Notes under the pieces: generated by a model
Databases searched by the model: none
The model's input: the letters and a program-made list of their open reading frames with translations, nothing else
What the model was told of the DNA's origin: nothing
Translations under genes and position numbers: made by a program
Part shown: in pieces, positions 51,284 through 52,535 of the stretch
How positions within the stretch are numbered: position 1 is the first letter of the stretch
Layout of the letters: every line of letters begins with the position of its first letter
Assembly: GCA_021432655.1 (NCBI GenBank)
Contig: MU271342.1
Coordinates: forward strand, 33,629-86,163
DNA length: 52,535 bases
Origin: Atractiella rhizophila
Lineage: Eukaryota
Direction: 5' to 3'

Positions 51284-52535
51284 TTACTTTCCTTCTCCCT
51301 CTCCGCTTCTGCTTCCTGATCGCAATCTTAAGCCATCAACACCACTTCTAATCCTTTCGTCTTCTTCTTCTTCCTCCCTTCCTAAAACTTCATCTAGTGT
51401 CCTTCTCTTTCCTGCTGCCAGCAGCCTATCTATTTCCTCGGATGTAGCTCCTCCGAGAGAAAGCGACTCGCCCATCACGAGTACTGTCGGAGATGGAGAT
51501 GTTGAAGAGGGGGACGGCGTGAGGGAGAATTCGATTCCGGGGAGGAAGACTTCGAATTTCTGGAGGAAGGGAAGATCATCCTTGAATAGTTGGAAGGCGC
51601 GAAGGACAGCGCTGCCCGTCGAGATTCTGTAGAGAAGAAGAAACTTTTGTGAGCATTTCGGCTACCCAAAATAAGGAACAAAGACGATGGGCGTGCGTAA
51701 ATATCAGGAATGAGAGGAAGTGTTGAAGAATCTTGCAGTTATCCATTCGAACATCGACAGAATTCTGCCAATGAATCAAGGACAACTTAGTTTGGTTCAT
51801 ATATGATCAACTTAGTTGATATACGGTTGTCACTTACTGCCCCGAAAAGATTTGTAAGGCGCGCTGAAGCATGAAGGGCCCGGTTACTTCCTCATTAAAG
51901 GATGGGAGCATGAAGCTCCGAGAAGGAGAGATGGAACGAGCTTCTTTTCCTTCTTCCCCTCGGTCAATCTGTTGAAGCTAATCTTAAAACTCTCAGAAAC
52001 AGGATATTAATTACCGTTCCAGACTCTGCTTCCCTTCCAACATCGTGACAACCACATCTAAGGAAGAAACGAATCGCTGCGCTGTAGCGAGCTGGAAGAA
52101 AAATTGTAGAGATTCTGGGGGAATAGAAGCTTTGTTATCATTGCCCATCCAATGCAGACTTCTGTGCCTTCACTTTCGATATGTCAGATCGGCACGGCCA
52201 GTAACATTTCCTTGTCTCCACGTGAGGCTTCAACGTACCAGTGAGAGTGTGAATGCTACATAGGAATAAAAAGCAAGATGTCGCACTATCTTCTCAAACC
52301 GTTACATATTTCTTTAGAGCAGAAACGGCGCTGCCTGTGCTGTCTAAATGCACGAAGAGCTTTACAATAATCTTTGTGAGCTTTACAGTACAGCTCTTAA
52401 ATCGGGTGGAAATCAAGGACTTCCATTCTCCCTCAGACAGCAGACCAGAATACCAAACTCACTTCCGCGCCTTGACCTCTCCCAACAATTCCGTCGTCTC
52501 GAAATAAACATCGCTTTCCACGCCATACACTTCCC
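51284..52535 (-). CDS. 3' part of a protein ending in a PAH (paired amphipathic helix)-like domain; 5' end lies beyond the window
   Basis: Removing intron 51627-52462 (GTGAGT..CTACAG, phase-compatible) gives EVYGVESDVYFETTELLGEVKARKISTGSAVLRAFQLFKDDLPFLQKFEVFLP, matching the spacing of Sin3 PAH repeats; stop at 51284. Confidence 0.6.

Noticed and set aside
52010..52345. Cryptic alternative exons inside the PAH-gene intron (reading KIST.. or TGSAV..)
   Set aside because: Matches to the true exon start are only about 10 nt, do not complete the PAH pattern, and are compatible with chance.

Overview
Eukaryotic fungal DNA, very probably a basidiomycete (gene-dense, ~50-nt GT-AG introns). No prokaryotic features, CRISPR arrays, rRNA/tRNA genes or intact transposons were seen. 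Hand-splicing recovers about 19 genes, many invisible in the ORF track. In order: 3' end of a PhnP-like metallo-beta-lactamase hydrolase, a decayed FunK1 kinase relic, a large chromodomain protein, a small acidic protein, an unknown locus with a duplicated VYPWD module, secreted SurE phosphatase, a small basic protein, signal-peptide dienelactone hydrolase, Cdc4-like F-box/WD40 protein, an intron-rich GH1 beta-glucosidase, a two-RRM protein, a low-complexity hypothetical protein, FRA10AC1, Mog1, Ima1, a ~1450-aa low-complexity protein, D-aminoacyl-tRNA deacylase (DTD1), a coiled-coil protein, and the 3' end of a PAH-domain protein. The most striking structure is a ~3.35-kb tandem duplication (about 43818-47176 and 47177-50511). 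Its junction fuses the coiled-coil gene in frame to the C-terminal ~105 codons of DTD1, creating a chimeric gene between the two intact parents. The duplicated DTD exons differ almost only at synonymous sites. All gene models are manual splice predictions with no database or transcript support.
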